Shown: positions 39,059 to 52,640 of the stretch, one piece after another
How the letters are laid out: each line of letters opens with the position of its first letter
How positions within the stretch are numbered: position 1 is the stretch's first letter
Assembly (NCBI GenBank): GCA_013239625.1
Contig: MU054391.1
Location: forward strand, 3,501,130 to 3,565,129
Source: Lama guanicoe
Taxonomy: Eukaryota
Direction of reading: 5' to 3'
DNA length: 64,000 nucleotides
Position numbers and translations under genes: made by a program
The notes under the pieces: model-generated
Told to the model about the DNA's origin: nothing
The model's input: only the letters and a program-made list of their open reading frames with translations
Database searches by the model: none

Positions 39059-42000
39059 TTTAAATAGTTGTTAGTATCTGCAAACTCTGCTGGGCAGGCC
39101 CTTCTTGAATCTGCCCGGTACGTCTCTATTTTGAGGGTCAGTCATCTCAGTTGGGAGACCTCACGTGTCTCTCCACGGCACCCTTATTTTCAGAGACTCC
39201 TCACTGCATTCCTGACTGGCCCACCACTCGCCCCACCCAAGACCCAGCTTCAGACCAGCAGAGCCACAGGCTTGTCCGTTCACTTCCCACCAGTGATGCC
39301 ACTGTTACTGGCAATGGTATTGGGCACAGATTTTCAGCCTCTGATCTGCACCAAGTCTGAAGCTGCTGGTGAAGAATTTAATCATGCTTTTGGGGGCTGT
39401 CCTCCTTCCTCCTTCCTGTGACCCCACAAGAAAATAAATCACCAACGCAACCAACCAACCTGGCTAGAGGTGGAGAAATGGGAAGAACCCTGGCAAAAAG
39501 GCCAGAGACTCCCAGTGACTTTACCCAGAGCGGTAACAGTTTTTCATGAACAAGCATTTATCACTTTCTTGCTTTTCTCTAGAAATTTTCCAGAGCCCTT
39601 ACATGATTGTTTTTCACGCATTTCCTTAGTTTAAACTTGTTTTGAGGGGAGATTTGCTGATCTTTTTATTCTGTAATAGCCAGAAGCCCTGCCTCAATTA
39701 AATTACACATTTTCAAGTGGCTTTAATTTCCACTTTCGTTTGACTTACCTTTGTTCTCTGCTCTCAGTAGGGGGTAAGCCCTTTATATATGCATCCATCT
39801 TTGTGTTTTCTATGACATCTATCGCAGTGCTTTGCCAGCTCCCAGTAAGCTTAACTGATTGACTTTCAACATCACGATTTTCCCATTAGAAACAGAAGAA
39901 GTGAACAGATCAACTAAAAATGACAATTTAAAAAAGATCTCACTACCGTTCCTTTCTTCACTGATTGAGAAAGAAAACTTCAAAATTTTATATGCATTCA
40001 TGAGAGTCATGATTTATTTAGAGATTATTAAGATGCTTGTTTTAATAGAAGGAAAACAAAATGTCTAAAAGCGCTGAGCGAGGGCGAGCGTAACAGTCTC
40101 AGGACGGTCTGGGTGAAGTTTAAAGGGATGCTGAGCAGCTCAGCGGCAGCACATCCGCGGGGATGTGGGCAGTTCCACAGTCCAGCCTGCGGTGCTGCTT
40201 CTTACAGCGTGTGTTTTAGAACCAGGATAACAGCTCATAAACTTCAGAGCCTGGTGGGCCAATTTCCAAGCCAAAATGGGACTTTCAGACTGGAATTCAG
40301 GACGACCATACAATTGTTTACTTTCACGTTTGAGTCTGGGTTCTCGCTGGTGGGTGTTTATAAGACACACCCTTGCTTCTCTCTGCAAAGGCTATTTGTA
40401 AAGACTTTCCTCAGCAGTTCCTATCCAGTCTCCAGTAAGATATATGCTGAACTCTTCTGTTCTTTTTATCTTTTCATAAATAGTCATTCATCATACTCTA
40501 CTTCAGTACAGAAATAATTCGATCGAACTTATATACAAATCTTCGGAGTGAAGTATTTGGAGAAAGAAATTGCCTTTCATTTTAAACTCATCTTCCTCAA
40601 TGACATTGGTAAAATGAAGCAGAATAAAATCAAAAGTGAAATCAAACAAACTAAATAAATAAACACACAGATAAAGTCATAGCAGCACTTGATAACACCT
40701 GTCAGGCAGCAGGTTTATGGGTCTCAAAGGAAGTGATAGCTTCTTTAAGGGCACAGAACAGAATCAGTCCCTTATTGGTCCGACCAAAACTCACATAGTA
40801 ATAGAATGTCGCCCATCTTCTCAGCAAAATCCTGGTGGGGAGTGTATAAGGGAACCCATCTAATCTGTGAATTTTATTATATTTAAAGAAATGGCAAAGA
40901 CATAATACTAAATAAAGATAGTAGCAATGGAGTTTATGACTTTTAAAATAATAATGCGTATTCTACTATTAATTTCCATTTACAGTCCTCTGCTTATTAA
41001 AAGTTGTTTAGAATCATTTTCTCCGTGATTCTAATTTCAGCCCTGTAAATTTGCTTTGAATTGATTTAAACAATATCCCTTTCAATATCTTTATCTGACT
41101 GCACTCCCACTAATACTTTAAAAAAACATTTCTCTTCTATTTTGATCACACATGCTGGTTCGCCGTGATCTCAGAGATTTCAGGTAGAGGCTGTAGGAAG
41201 TGAGACAGGTTTTACAAAGCTGTTATCTCATCTATCTGGATAGCAGGAGCAGATGTCTCCCAAATTTGCACCCCATTCGGGGGATATATGGCCTCATTCG
41301 GCTCCCGGTATCTTCATGTCAGACTGTGTAACTTCCACAGACACATGCCTGCGCATCCAGACAGTGGTTCCCAGACTGGTTTTCTTTATTGTGGTTTTCC
41401 ACTCAGTTTGGTCAAAACCTCTTCTCTGCTTCTAGTTCCCAGGAGAGAAAGCATATCTTGTTTCTAAATCTAATACCCATTTCTTTTTTCCTTTCAAAAT
41501 GATGAAAATGGTTGCAGCTAATGAACTGTACCGTTTGCGCATGTGGTAATCAAATCCTCGGGTTCCCTAACAAAAAGTAGACAAAGATAAGCCTGGCCAG
41601 CTACAGTCTGGTGATTTGTGTTCTTGTTGACTGAAGAGGGATGAATTTAGGCGTGAATGAAGAGCAAAACAAGAGGGCCAAAATTCAAAGGACTGTCAAT
41701 AGTGGCACAGTTTGTATTTTGTAAGAAGTTGCGTTTTCTGTACATCAAAATTCTTTTCTTCTCTTGGTTTAATCTTGCCACGACCCTAATAAATAAAGCA
41801 TAAACGTGAGAAACACCTTTCATTTAGACTGCCATGTACGTTTATACCTAGTTCTGGCTCCCCTTGAAGTTTCTCTATAAATTTTCTCATGAAACCTTAT
41901 TCCCTTAGTCAGAATCCCACACCCTTTCTAGCAGCCATTCTAAAAAAGAATGCATCACAAATTTAATGGAGTCATATAGACACTGAAGTTGAAAAGACAT

Positions 42001-42699
42001 TAATACTATCTAGTCTGTTAGCCTAGTTTTAAAAATCCAGCAGAGCTCCTGTGGTTTGCCCAAGGTCACACGCCTACTTACGATAGAAACACCACTGGAA
42101 TCCTAGTGTTCCAACCATGAATCAGGGCTGATCCCTACAGAGTTTAGGCTCTGGTACTGGCTCCTGAAAAGACATCAGACCTTCAGAAACGTGGGTAACC
42201 TCAATTAAAATGTTCAGAGATCGAGCAGGAAAAGGTATTGGTGAACTCCTGTCTCTTGGAGACGACATCATTAAAGACTTCGCACATTTTTATCCAGCAT
42301 ACATATGTCATGATTAATCATAGGGCTAAATAAGTTGGGTTGGTGCTAATAGATCAGTAATGAAACTTAAAGAAAAGAAATAAAAAGGATACGATGTCTT
42401 ACTGGGTAAGAAAAATCCATTTTGTCCCTGAATGGAACTTCAGATTTTTACCCAATGTCTAGTGGCCCAGCCAATTGTCCAGGGACCAAAATTCAGCTAA
42501 TCTATGGCAGCTGAACCAAAGACCCCTCATGGGAGGCAGTTCACTTGCTTTCCCACAATGACTGTGGTCTTAAATCAAGGGCACTCATCAAGTCTAAAGT
42601 GGTAATGGGTGAAAAGTACAGATTCTCTGCTCCACACTTATGCATCTCCTCATTTGGTGCCCATGATGGTGAGTCAACTGCATTTTCCGAGTATCCATC

Positions 42700-43420
42700 C
42701 ATGCTTCCGAGCACTACCTGTGATTGCCTGCTCTTTTTCCACCATGATGTTTCACCAATAAGCCCCATTCACATGGTCCCGCGTCACATCCATTTTACCT
42801 TCTCAAAATCTCTTGAGACCAGCTTCCACAATCTATTGCACCAATGTCACTGCTATGCCTAAATCCAGGCTCTAGTCCTGTTACTCACACGTTATTAATA
42901 TTAATAGTCTCCTATCTTTCCTGCCTCTTCTAAATGCCATTCCCCCCACAAATACATCACAGAAACTGTTGCCAGAGTGGTCTGTGTGAGTCGAGTAGCC
43001 GATCGCATTTCACCTCTGCTGAAAACCCACCCACAGCCTCTCTTCTGTTTACTGTTCACCTGAACTTTCAGAATCCACACACTCCTTGCACTTTGGCTTT
43101 GCGGTCAGTTTTGTGAGCAGGATGGGGTCCTCCTGCCTTGTTGCCTACTTGCATCATTTCCCTCCTGTTTTGGTTAAATATTTACTCTTTCTTGCTTTTC
43201 TTTTGCAAAGGCTGTTCTCACAACGAGGATGTCCCTTTTCAAATACCTACTCCTATATCAAATCTGAGCAAATATCACCTCTTTCAGGAAGTTTTTCTCC
43301 ACCCACTGGCTGATTTAAATAATTATGGGCTTACACAATACCTGAATGAATACAGTCACTATAAACTTCTCCCACTGCTTTACATTCACTAATTTATTTG
43401 TCTGGCTTTCCACTAAATAG
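42700..43420 (+). mobile_element. L2 fragment
   Basis: ctcaaaatctcttgag...aatagtctcctatctttcctgcctc...tcacctctgctgaaaaccc...aaatatcacctctttcaggaagttttt. Confidence 0.65.
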
Positions 43421-44327
43421 TATGGAAAATAAAAACTACACATGATATGTAACTGGAAATATATAATTGGAGCAGAGAAGGAATGATTGCTTAAAATCAA
43501 CAAAAATATCCTCAAAAATGAGCAGGATCTTTCTACCCTGACACCCCTGCCCTTTTCTAGAAAATGTTCATTGCCTGGGGGGATGCGCTCTCCCTTATCC
43601 CTGTGTCCAGTGGACCGTTTCCCTGAAGGAGGAAACGTGGGGCCTTTCGACGGGAGCCAAGGTCACCTGAGGGTCTATACTGCTTTCATCTCAGAGGATC
43701 TCCAGTTCAGTTGCAGAAGTGTTGCAGCTTTACACCTTTTTCATGAAAAGGTTGTTTTTTTTTTTTCCAAAATAAGTCTCTTTGATCTGAATTCTAAAGC
43801 TTGTGGGTGTTGGCCTGTCCAGGCCCCAAAGCTTTTATTTTCAGCCGAGCTCCAACATCACCAGTGCCCACAGGAGGCGAAACGCAAATGATCCTTCTAG
43901 GCGACACCTTGAGTTTTGCAGAATTAGACATTTTCTTTTTCCTAGGAAGATGCAAAATCTATTATATCCAGTTCTCAGAAACATGTCCATTTAAGCATGT
44001 CATTTTTCTATTATGCATCATTTCAACTCCTATTGGTACTTTTCTAAGTTTCCAATGAGCCAAATCTTCATAATGACTTGATTAAGCTCTTACTAGCTCA
44101 TATTTCATTCTTATTACTGAGCCATAATACAGCGGCGTGTCACTGGGTGGAACTGAGAGAAAACTCAGGTAGCCGTGATGGTGAAGCTTGCCCAGCCTGG
44201 AGAGAACTTCTCCCGTCACAGAGTGTTCAGTTTAAGTAATAGAAAAGTGGAAAACTTTAGTCAAACCATCTTACACAATAACTGCTTCCTAAATGAACTG
44301 TCAAAACAGAGAGAAAGTCTACATTAT

Positions 44328-44510
44328 ATCAAACAGGTAAACAACAACATCCTACTGTACAGCACAGGGAACTATATTCAATGTCTTGTAATAGCTGATA
44401 ATGAAAAAGAATGTGAAAAAGAATATATATGCACAACTGACTCATTAAGCTGTATACCAGAAACTAACTACAAACAACTATAGTTGTAAATCAACTACAC
44501 TTCAATTTTT
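44328..44510 (+). mobile_element. 5'-truncated L1 3' end (first of an adjacent pair)
   Basis: taaacaacaacatcctactgtacagcacagggaactatattcaatgtcttgtaatag...gtaaatcaactacacttcaat. Confidence 0.88.
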
Positions 44511-44539
44511 TTGAAGTTAATTCAAAACAAGTCAGCCAC

Positions 44540-44728
44540 TATTTATAAAAATAGATTTAAAAAAAAGCTTATTCTGTACAGCACAGGGATCAACGTTCAA
44601 TATCTTATAATAACCTTTAATGAAAAAAATATGAAAATGAATATATGTATGTATATGCTTGACTGGAACATTGTGCTGTGCACCAGAGACTGACACATTG
44701 TGACTGACTGTACTTCAATTAAAAAAAG
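44540..44728 (+). mobile_element. 5'-truncated L1 3' end (second of an adjacent pair)
   Basis: ctgtacagcacagggatcaacgttcaatatcttataataacc...gactgactgtacttcaattaaaaaaa. Confidence 0.85.
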
Positions 44729-47074
44729 TGAAGTCTTTGTCCATGATCACACAGCCAAGCAGTAACAAAGCTCGCATCAGGACTCCGACTTTTCATCCCA
44801 CTAAACACCACTAATTCAAGAGGTCCAGGAAGACCCTAACATGAAATAAAAAGCTGTGAGATGAGTGTGCAGAGAATTCTAGCGTCATTAATTTCAAAAA
44901 GTTCATAACCACATACAAGATTAAGAATTACATTCAAAGATCTTCTAAGCGTGAAGCATCTTTTAGTCTACAAACTGCTGTTTGGATATAGGTTGTCTCC
45001 AGTATAAGTTCAAAGAAGAAAAAAATTTGCTTATTTTTTGGGAACACAAAATCTTATTAAAACTGAACTCTAAATCCTTAGAATTTATAGATACATTATT
45101 GCATGTCAAAATATTTCAAGGGACATTAATAAGCTTTTTCAACCTTGATTTATAATTAAGTTTTTATTTCCATCTCCCTTTAAGAAAATGCAGAGGCATA
45201 CTTAAATATTTTTGAACATCAAATTGCACCAGATTGTAAAATATTAGCTAGTAATAACTCTTTCCAGGGCATTTCCCAGAAGAGTCAGACATCCATCACG
45301 TACAAATAGGGACAGATTCAACATCGTAGATAGAGCTGAAGGCCCCATCTAGTGACAGACTCCCTCTCCCCAAGTGGCCCCAAAAAGCAATACCCTGAGG
45401 AACGGCTCCTTGTAGCTGGTGGCCAAATCCTCCTTCAACATTCAGAAAACATCCTTTAGGCACCAGGTGAGGCTGGGTATTAGGTGTGGCATTGGAACAG
45501 CAGTGACAAATGTCCCTCTTCTTGGGCTCACAGGTGGATGGAGGACACAGCCAAGCTTCCCCAGGAAAGTCTCTTGGCATACAAAGAGTTTCATTTTCCA
45601 CCATGTATCACTCCAGTGAACTAGACCTTCAGTGTAGCTTTCATCAAAGTCCTGCTGACTCAGACTTGGTTTATCCTGAGACCGTGGCGAAAGTGATAAA
45701 GACAGTTGAACATATATAACAAGAAATAGTATTTTTTTTGCACTGAATTCACCCAACGGATCCCACTTTTTTTTAATGGGTCAAAAGTGCTTTCATCCAG
45801 AGGGAAAAGTGACCTGGTATTGTAGGAAAAGGGGAAGATGACATTTGGTTTGCTCTATTAAGGTCTTTGCTTGTTAATTATAAATGAGCCTTTGTACATG
45901 GCCACTAAGAGGGAAAGCAAGCTGTGACTTTTATATCCAAGAGAGCATAAAACATCAACATGACTGCGGGTCCTCTGAGGTGGAGGCCTTAAAATCCGTA
46001 GTCTGCCCAAGCCGTCTTCCTTTAATGCTGTTTTAACTTGTTCTCTTCATTTAACTTTTACTTACAGGGCTTCTTGCAAGTCAGGTACTGTGACAGAGGC
46101 TGACCAGTCCAAGGTGAATGAAGTTGGGTGTGTGGCTGTGCCCTATGGTCTGTGGCTGAGGACAGAGAGGGCTGGAATTGAAGGAGAGTGTGGTCCCATC
46201 TGAGCAAGCACGTCGGGGACTTCTGTTCATGACCGTGTGTTTGCAAGGGTGCGGGAGCAACGGCCACCACCGGCTCCCGACGCTCACCACATCGTATCTT
46301 CGCATGTGCTGTCTCTCAGATGTCAGGCCTCGAGTACCTGAATGATATTGAAAAGAATGATAAAATAATGATTAAAAAATCTACATAGGCAATGTTGTGC
46401 TAGCTCAGGTACCATCCTACATTCAGTTCTGGAAGGAGCAAGACGCCTGCAGAGTCCTGGTTTGAGATGGAGCATTGCATCTACTAGCAGCCCTCCCAGA
46501 ACCCTAACTGTGAAAAGGCTGCCCCTTCTCTAATATTGCAAAAGACGGGCCTTAAACAAATTCCAGGAGCTCGGGGCTTGCTGGGAGCATGCTGAAGGGA
46601 GTCATGCAGGCTGGCGTGGTTGTAACTGGAAACCAAGCCATGCACAGCCAGACGGTGAATTCTCATCCAAACAGGGACTGGGTTTAGAAAACCAAGGCTC
46701 TACTCTAAGGAGCCTTCACATGGAAGATGAGCAATCAGTCCAACCATACCGACTTCAGGGGTCTGCGCACAGTGACCCTGGCTTCAGCTGGGGCTAGACG
46801 TGTCGGTCAACCAGCCACTGCACTGCCTGCGTCCTCTGCACTTGATGATGGGCGGAGAGCAAACGGGTCCTGCCCCGCACAAAAGACATCAGCTCAAGAG
46901 TTTACAGTCTGGTTGAGACACCAACCTAGAGCAGAACCACTCTCACCCAAATGCCCTCACCCCCTCCTTGAAATCCCTCTGACTCCTCTTACCGCTCTTT
47001 TTTTTCCATCCTCTCCAATTCTAGTGATGTTCCCCTTACTTCTACTGACAGGAACAATCATTGTAATGACTGTT

Positions 47075-47290
47075 ACAATAAAAGCTCACCTTGACTGAGC
47101 ACTTATTTTTAAGGCTCTGTCTTCATTTAGTCCTCACAATAAACTTAGGGACTATTTTAGGATTATTTCAGCCTATTCGATATTTTCCTTCCAATAGGAG
47201 TGAAAGAGGAGCAAAACAACGTGCCCACAGTCACACGAGTAAGCAGCAGAGTTGGAGCTCAGATCCAGCCATCTGACTTCAGGGCTTGAC
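47075..47290 (-). mobile_element. MIR SINE
   Basis: tcttcatttagtcctcacaataaac...gtgcccacagtcacacgagtaagcagcagagttgg. Confidence 0.72.
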
Positions 47291-48729
47291 CTCGTAAGGA
47301 CACCTGTGCCCTTTGTCCGTTGCCTTATCACCCCAGCTCAAGCATGGCCCACCTGTGTTGGAGCTGAACCCAGCAGGAAATCCAACCCTCTTTGGCCTAC
47401 AGAGCTTATAAAACACATCTTAAAGTCCTGTCTTTCACTGGACCTCTGCAATTTTGGTTGGTTCCAGGAATGGCAAGAATGACCCTTCACTCTTGCTTTA
47501 TCCCAGCTTGACTTTCAATGACGCAAGGTCGAGTTACCAAGAAAGCCTTTGTGAACTATTTATAATGATTAGGAAGTTTTTCAGGCAGATTTGTCTTCTT
47601 GCAGGCTTTAAGAATAGCAAAGTATTCTAACGGACCTGAATTAGTTGTTCATACTGTAATTTATATTTTGACGAGATGCGGCAAGGTTGTTGCATTCTAA
47701 TCCTAATCAATTCTCTCCCGTGGGAAGAGGAAATGTCTTGGAATACAAAAGGGCCAACTGTATGTTCTACAGAGATTCTGTGCCTTCTCTTTACAGATAG
47801 GCATGTAGTCCTGACCATAATACTGAGAGCCTGAGATCCACATAAGGGTCAAATCCAGCGCCAACTGAAACGTGAGACGTTTTCCAGATCTACCGAGCAC
47901 AGGAAGTAGGCTTATGCGTGTAAGAACCATTTTGGAGGAAAACTGTGAATTAGGTGGCCGGGCTTTGTAGCAACAAATCAGGTACCTAGAAAGAATCAAG
48001 AACACAATGCTGAAGAGGTCATCCAGCCCAGTCTTTCCAACCTCCCCCTGCCCCACCACTCACTCCTGCACCCCCGTCCTGTGTCTGAGCAGTCCTGTCA
48101 GCCAGCCTCAGCTTGAACAGTGGAAGCAGCATAACTCGCACCAACTCGTATGCTCGCCTCTGCCGTTTCTGGCAGCATTAGTTACTGAAATATCTATTAA
48201 CAACCCCTTACTAATAGGTGATATGTGGCTAAAACTGGCTCTGTGAGGATTCTGTCAGCTGATCTTGCAGTGCACATCTGAAGAATCACTACTTTCCCTT
48301 AGTCCCTGAAGGACAAACATCCACCGTGTCAAACTGTCCTTCCTACAGTATGTTATCTGTAAGAGTCTTGCATACCAGGGCACTATACTTCAGTGTTTAA
48401 CTTTATAAGTTCTATTGTCACGTGTCCCAAACTAGTTTGTATGGCCTCTGCAGACAAATAGGAGGCCTTAAATTTATTTCTATTACCTATAATGTCCAGC
48501 AGAAGGTTTGGTTCAATAGATTTGTCTTGAAACCAGCATAGCAGAGTATGAAGTGTCGTGTCACAAGATCCAGTTTGGGCTCTAATCCTGGCCCTGACTC
48601 GGGACAGGCAACCAGGGATCAGACTAGTCTTAGTACATCCATTTTTTTAGACAGTAGAGAAAGAGATTGAGACAGAAGGCATAGAGCATGTTATGTACTT
48701 TCCATCTATGGACAAATTGCATCGACGTT

Positions 48730-48955
48730 GAAGCTGGTAGACCCAGGAGTCTAGATTGAGTCATGTCTGCAACTTACTGACCTCAGAAAATGGGTTGATC
48801 TCTCTGGATCTCATTTTCCTCAATTTCTAAATGAGAGTATTGATAGTATTTATGTCACAAGATAGTTTTGAAGATGACATGAGATTTTACATATATATGG
48901 GTCTCAGCACAATGTCCGGCACACGGTAATATGTTTAATAAATGTTAACTATTTT
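48730..48955 (+). mobile_element. MIR SINE
   Basis: ctctctggatctcattttcctcaatttctaaatgag...ctcagcacaatgtccggcacacggtaa...taataaatgttaactatt. Confidence 0.8.
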
Positions 48956-49074
48956 AAGAAGACCTCTAAGATGTGACAGCCAAGAAGCGTTCTCTCAAGC
49001 AATTTTGCCAGATGGCTTCCTAACTCTGGGTTTGGCTCCTTCTTGGGAAATGTGTTCAGTGATAAAAATTCCAA

Positions 49075-49350
49075 CAAATCAATTAACAAACATCAACCAA
49101 TATTTTCTACATGCAACACAATGCTTCAGGCTCTGTGAAAGATCCAACAAGAAAAAGGTGTGAGCCTCCCCCTCGAGGAGATAATTTAATTAAGAAGATA
49201 AGACAACACATGAAAACAGAACCAAAAATTCAGAGTAGTAACGGATTCTCAGTGCGTAATAGATGCCCTATTTTCTAAGGGAGCACAAAAGGAGATTGCG
49301 TGTTAGCTCCGATTGTTAGGGTCAGCTCCTTAGGGAAGAAGAGGCTTACA
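49075..49350 (-). mobile_element. L2 3' fragment
   Basis: catcaaccaatattttctacatgcaacacaatgcttcaggctctgtga...cctcgaggag. Confidence 0.55.
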
Positions 49351-49879
49351 CTGATGTCACTTCCACCCCACCCCAAAGTGGGACCCTGATCCCTCCACAT
49401 CCACTAAAAGAAAATCAAACTAAAAGAAAGCAAACTCCTTCTTTTGGATGGTTTTTCTCAGTAAAGGATATTATCACCTGCATAGAATTCCAAGGATCAG
49501 TCCTTTTTGAAAATCCTCTTTTCTGACATTTGGTCCTGAATATCTTCTGTACCAGACATGAAACTACTCAAATTCAGGTCCTTCTATCAAAACATTCTTT
49601 GTCAGTTGAGGTCCTCATTGCCCTTGGGTCTCTGAATTGTTTCCATTCTTTAGCTGTCATGTCATGTCTGTCTATTTGTTCAGGTGGTGATTATTGTGAT
49701 TTTTTTTCCTCAAAGAGTAAATCTGGACACCTCAAGACCACATTATAGTAACTGTTGCTTTGCCAATCTTTTCCGTCCTGTCTCTTGGCGCCCAGAGCAC
49801 AGACAGTTTTGTTTCAGTTACGTCACAGCTGCTTACTATCCCCCAGCTGTCATGTTTTTCCCAACCTCCAGGGTTTCCA

Positions 49880-50240
49880 ACACTGGGCATGCCTGGCCCC
49901 TCGATATTTCTCCACTAGGAGTTCCACCCTCCTTGCACCTTCAAGGATAAGTGGGAGATATCTCATTCCTTAGGGCCCCCCTCAGTGTCGCTTCTTCCAA
50001 GAATCCTTGGCTGATATCTTCCCAGTCTGACCTAGGTATCCTTTTCTGGGCTAACCTAGCTCCCTGTGCTGAATTTAACTATTTCTCTTAATTGTATTGA
50101 AATTGTCTATATTGATCTGACTTGCCTCTAGCTACTCAGCTGCTCTAAAAAAAAAAAATGCCAATCCATGGATCATCTACTTCTATATTCCCTGCCCACA
50201 GCATAAGATAGGGTCTTCTGAAAGTGAATTAATTTATCTA
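49880..50240 (+). mobile_element. L2 3' fragment
   Basis: caccttcaagga...ctcagtgtcgcttcttccaagaatccttggctga...tatattccctgcccacagcata. Confidence 0.55.
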
Positions 50241-50511
50241 TATGACCACTGAAAGATGGATACAATTTGACTAGATTTGCCAAATTTGAGAAGTTTCTGT
50301 GAAGAAAAGTCCTAGGCAGAGGGCATGGTCAAGAAATCACACTTCAACGATGGCTAGACGTCTTTGGTAACACTGAGCAATGACCTGTTCTAAAATAGGT
50401 AGTCTTATCATCTGAATGATTTATTTTCGAAATTATAAATGTCCAAGAAACACTGAACCTAGTGCTTCCTACGTTGCCTGATGGTGAGTAAAGTTGCTTA
50501 ACGTCTTTGTA

Positions 50512-50715
50512 ATTTTTTCTTTAATTTTATTGAACTGTAGTTGATTTACACTTTAAGTTTCAGGTGTACAACAAAGTGATTCAGTTATACACACATACAT
50601 ATATTTTCTTTTCAGAGTCTTTTCCATTACATGTTATTACAAGAAATTTAATATAGTCCCCTATACTATACAGTAGGTCCTTGTTGTTTATCTATTTTAT
50701 GTACAGTAATGTGCA
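50512..50715 (-). mobile_element. 5'-truncated cetartiodactyl-type L1 3' end
   Basis: ttttattgaactgtagttgatttaca...caggtgtacaacaaagtgattcagttatac...tacagtaggtccttgttgtttatctattttat. Confidence 0.9.
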
Positions 50716-51589
50716 ACTTCTTCATTGTTCGTCCGTGTTGAATGTGCTCCCTTTTAACCTCAGCACCTCACAGCTCATCTGAAAGCCTTGGTCTTGGCAG
50801 GAGCCCTAGGAGTGTGCAGCAGCCCTTTGCACCAGCAATATTTTAATGGAGAAGGAGTGTGTGCAACAGAACGCAGCAGTGGTTTGCACATTCCTCTATC
50901 TCTTTCCATCCCATCAAGATATTCTCTGTAAACAAATCATGTAAAGCCATGGGGCACAACAGAAGCATTTTCAACACTGCACACATTGAGCAAGAATATC
51001 CTTTGAAAGAAATCAGTTTTTCAGGGTGAAAATAAACCGACAGCCACTGCCCAGGAAAAAAAAAAATTTATCTGTAGTATTTTTTAATATCAGTTTGATG
51101 AGATCTAGGTTATAAACATGTCTGGTACCATGTAATTTGCAACATAATTTCACTGTCTGTTTATCTATCCATCCTTCCACCCATTCATATGTATATAACA
51201 CAGGCAGGAAATCTGGTGTCTGTTGCTAGTTCATAAATCAGTGTCTGCTCTCAACAACATCTGAATACAAATGTGATTAAATTTGATACCATGCCCATTT
51301 TTCATTTATCAGATTTCAGAATGTGATGCCTTGGCAGCTGTCCTATGGTAATGTGTTTTGTGTTTAACCCTCTGAGTCCTGATTCTCTTCTACAGAGGAA
51401 GCCCCTTGCAAATACATTAGAAATTCACTGAACAGAACATCTATTCTCCATAACACAGGGAAAAATTTCCTCAGGATCTCAGGAAAAGAAGAATAGAGAA
51501 AGAGCTGGAAATAGCACTGGAAAATGGAAGGAAAACTCGGAATCACTGTGCTTTTGAGATAGAAGAGATTTTAGAGTTTATCTAGACCC

Positions 51590-51880
51590 ATGACTGAAAA
51601 TTGCATGTACTGTGAGTCACCTGGGACCTTGTTAAAGTGCATATTCAGTTCAGTAGGTCTGGGGTGGGGCCTGAGATTCTGCATTTCTAATACCTGGGTG
51701 AAGCCCACACCACATCTTATGCAGCTGTCTCATTGGTCTACTCTTCCCTAAATTTGATATTCATCTGACTGATTCACGTACTGAAGCATCCTCTCCAGAC
51801 TCACTAATAAGATTTTTCTGGAAATGGGTCTTGTAACTGTATTTTTAAAGTCAACTCACATGACTGACCAAGTTTGGAAA
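51590..51880. mobile_element. MER5A/MER5-family hAT-Charlie remnants
   Basis: gagtcacctgggaccttgttaaagtgca...tcagtaggtctggggtggggcctgagattctgcatttctaa is MER5A-like; a weaker MER5-like piece lies at about 51745-51880. Confidence 0.8.
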
Positions 51881-52320
51881 ATCAAAGCCCAAAAAGAAAA
51901 ATGAACTGCTTAAGTAGAGACTTAAACAGATTCCCAAACAAGTGCTGTTACCACTAAACTTATCACAAGAGACATGAAATAATCAGAATGGAGGTAAGAG
52001 AATAATCCAGAACATTCAAAACAGGTTAAAAAAATTAATTCTAATAAAAATAGATTATTCAGAGTTGGTGCTGAAGAACAGTCCAGGACAACCCAAACAG
52101 GTCCCAGGAAAGAGAGAAAGTATCCAGCTATTCTGTGAGCAAAAGAAACCAAAACAAGACAAAGCAATGGCAATAAGATACTTTTACTAACAAATATTTT
52201 CCCTTTCTTTTCCTTCAATTGCCTTCTGAGGATGTATACACAAAAAAAAAATTAGCTCAGTTTTGAAGACTTACTCTACAGAAATGGAAATGCATGATAG
52301 CTTTCCAACCTTCCTAGCTT

Positions 52321-52640
52321 CCCCAGATCCACCATGGCTTCCCCAGATCCACCATGGCTTCCCCAGATCCACCGTGGTTTCCTCAGATCCACCATGGCTT
52401 CCCTGGATCCACCATGGCTTCCCCAGATCCACCGTGGCTTCCCCAGATCCATCGTGGCTTCCCCGGATCCACCAAGGCTTCCCCGGATCCACCAAGGCTT
52501 CCCCAGATCCATCATGGTTTCCTCAGATCCACCATGGCTTCCCCAGATCCACCATGGCTTCCTCAGATCCACCGTGGCTTCCCCAGATCCACCAAGGCTT
52601 CCCCAGATCCACCATGGCTTCCCCAGACCTACCATGGCTT
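52321..52640. repeat. Minisatellite (VNTR), 16 x 20 bp, consensus CCCCAGATCCACCATGGCTT
   Basis: Sixteen contiguous 20-bp units in register from 52321 with 0-2 substitutions each and no spacers; degenerate partial units on both flanks. Confidence 0.98.

Noticed and set aside
52321..52640. CRISPR-like regular array or repeat-protein gene
   Set aside because: The units are contiguous with no unique spacers, there are no cas genes, and the context is mammalian. The long ORFs arise only because the unit lacks stop codons.
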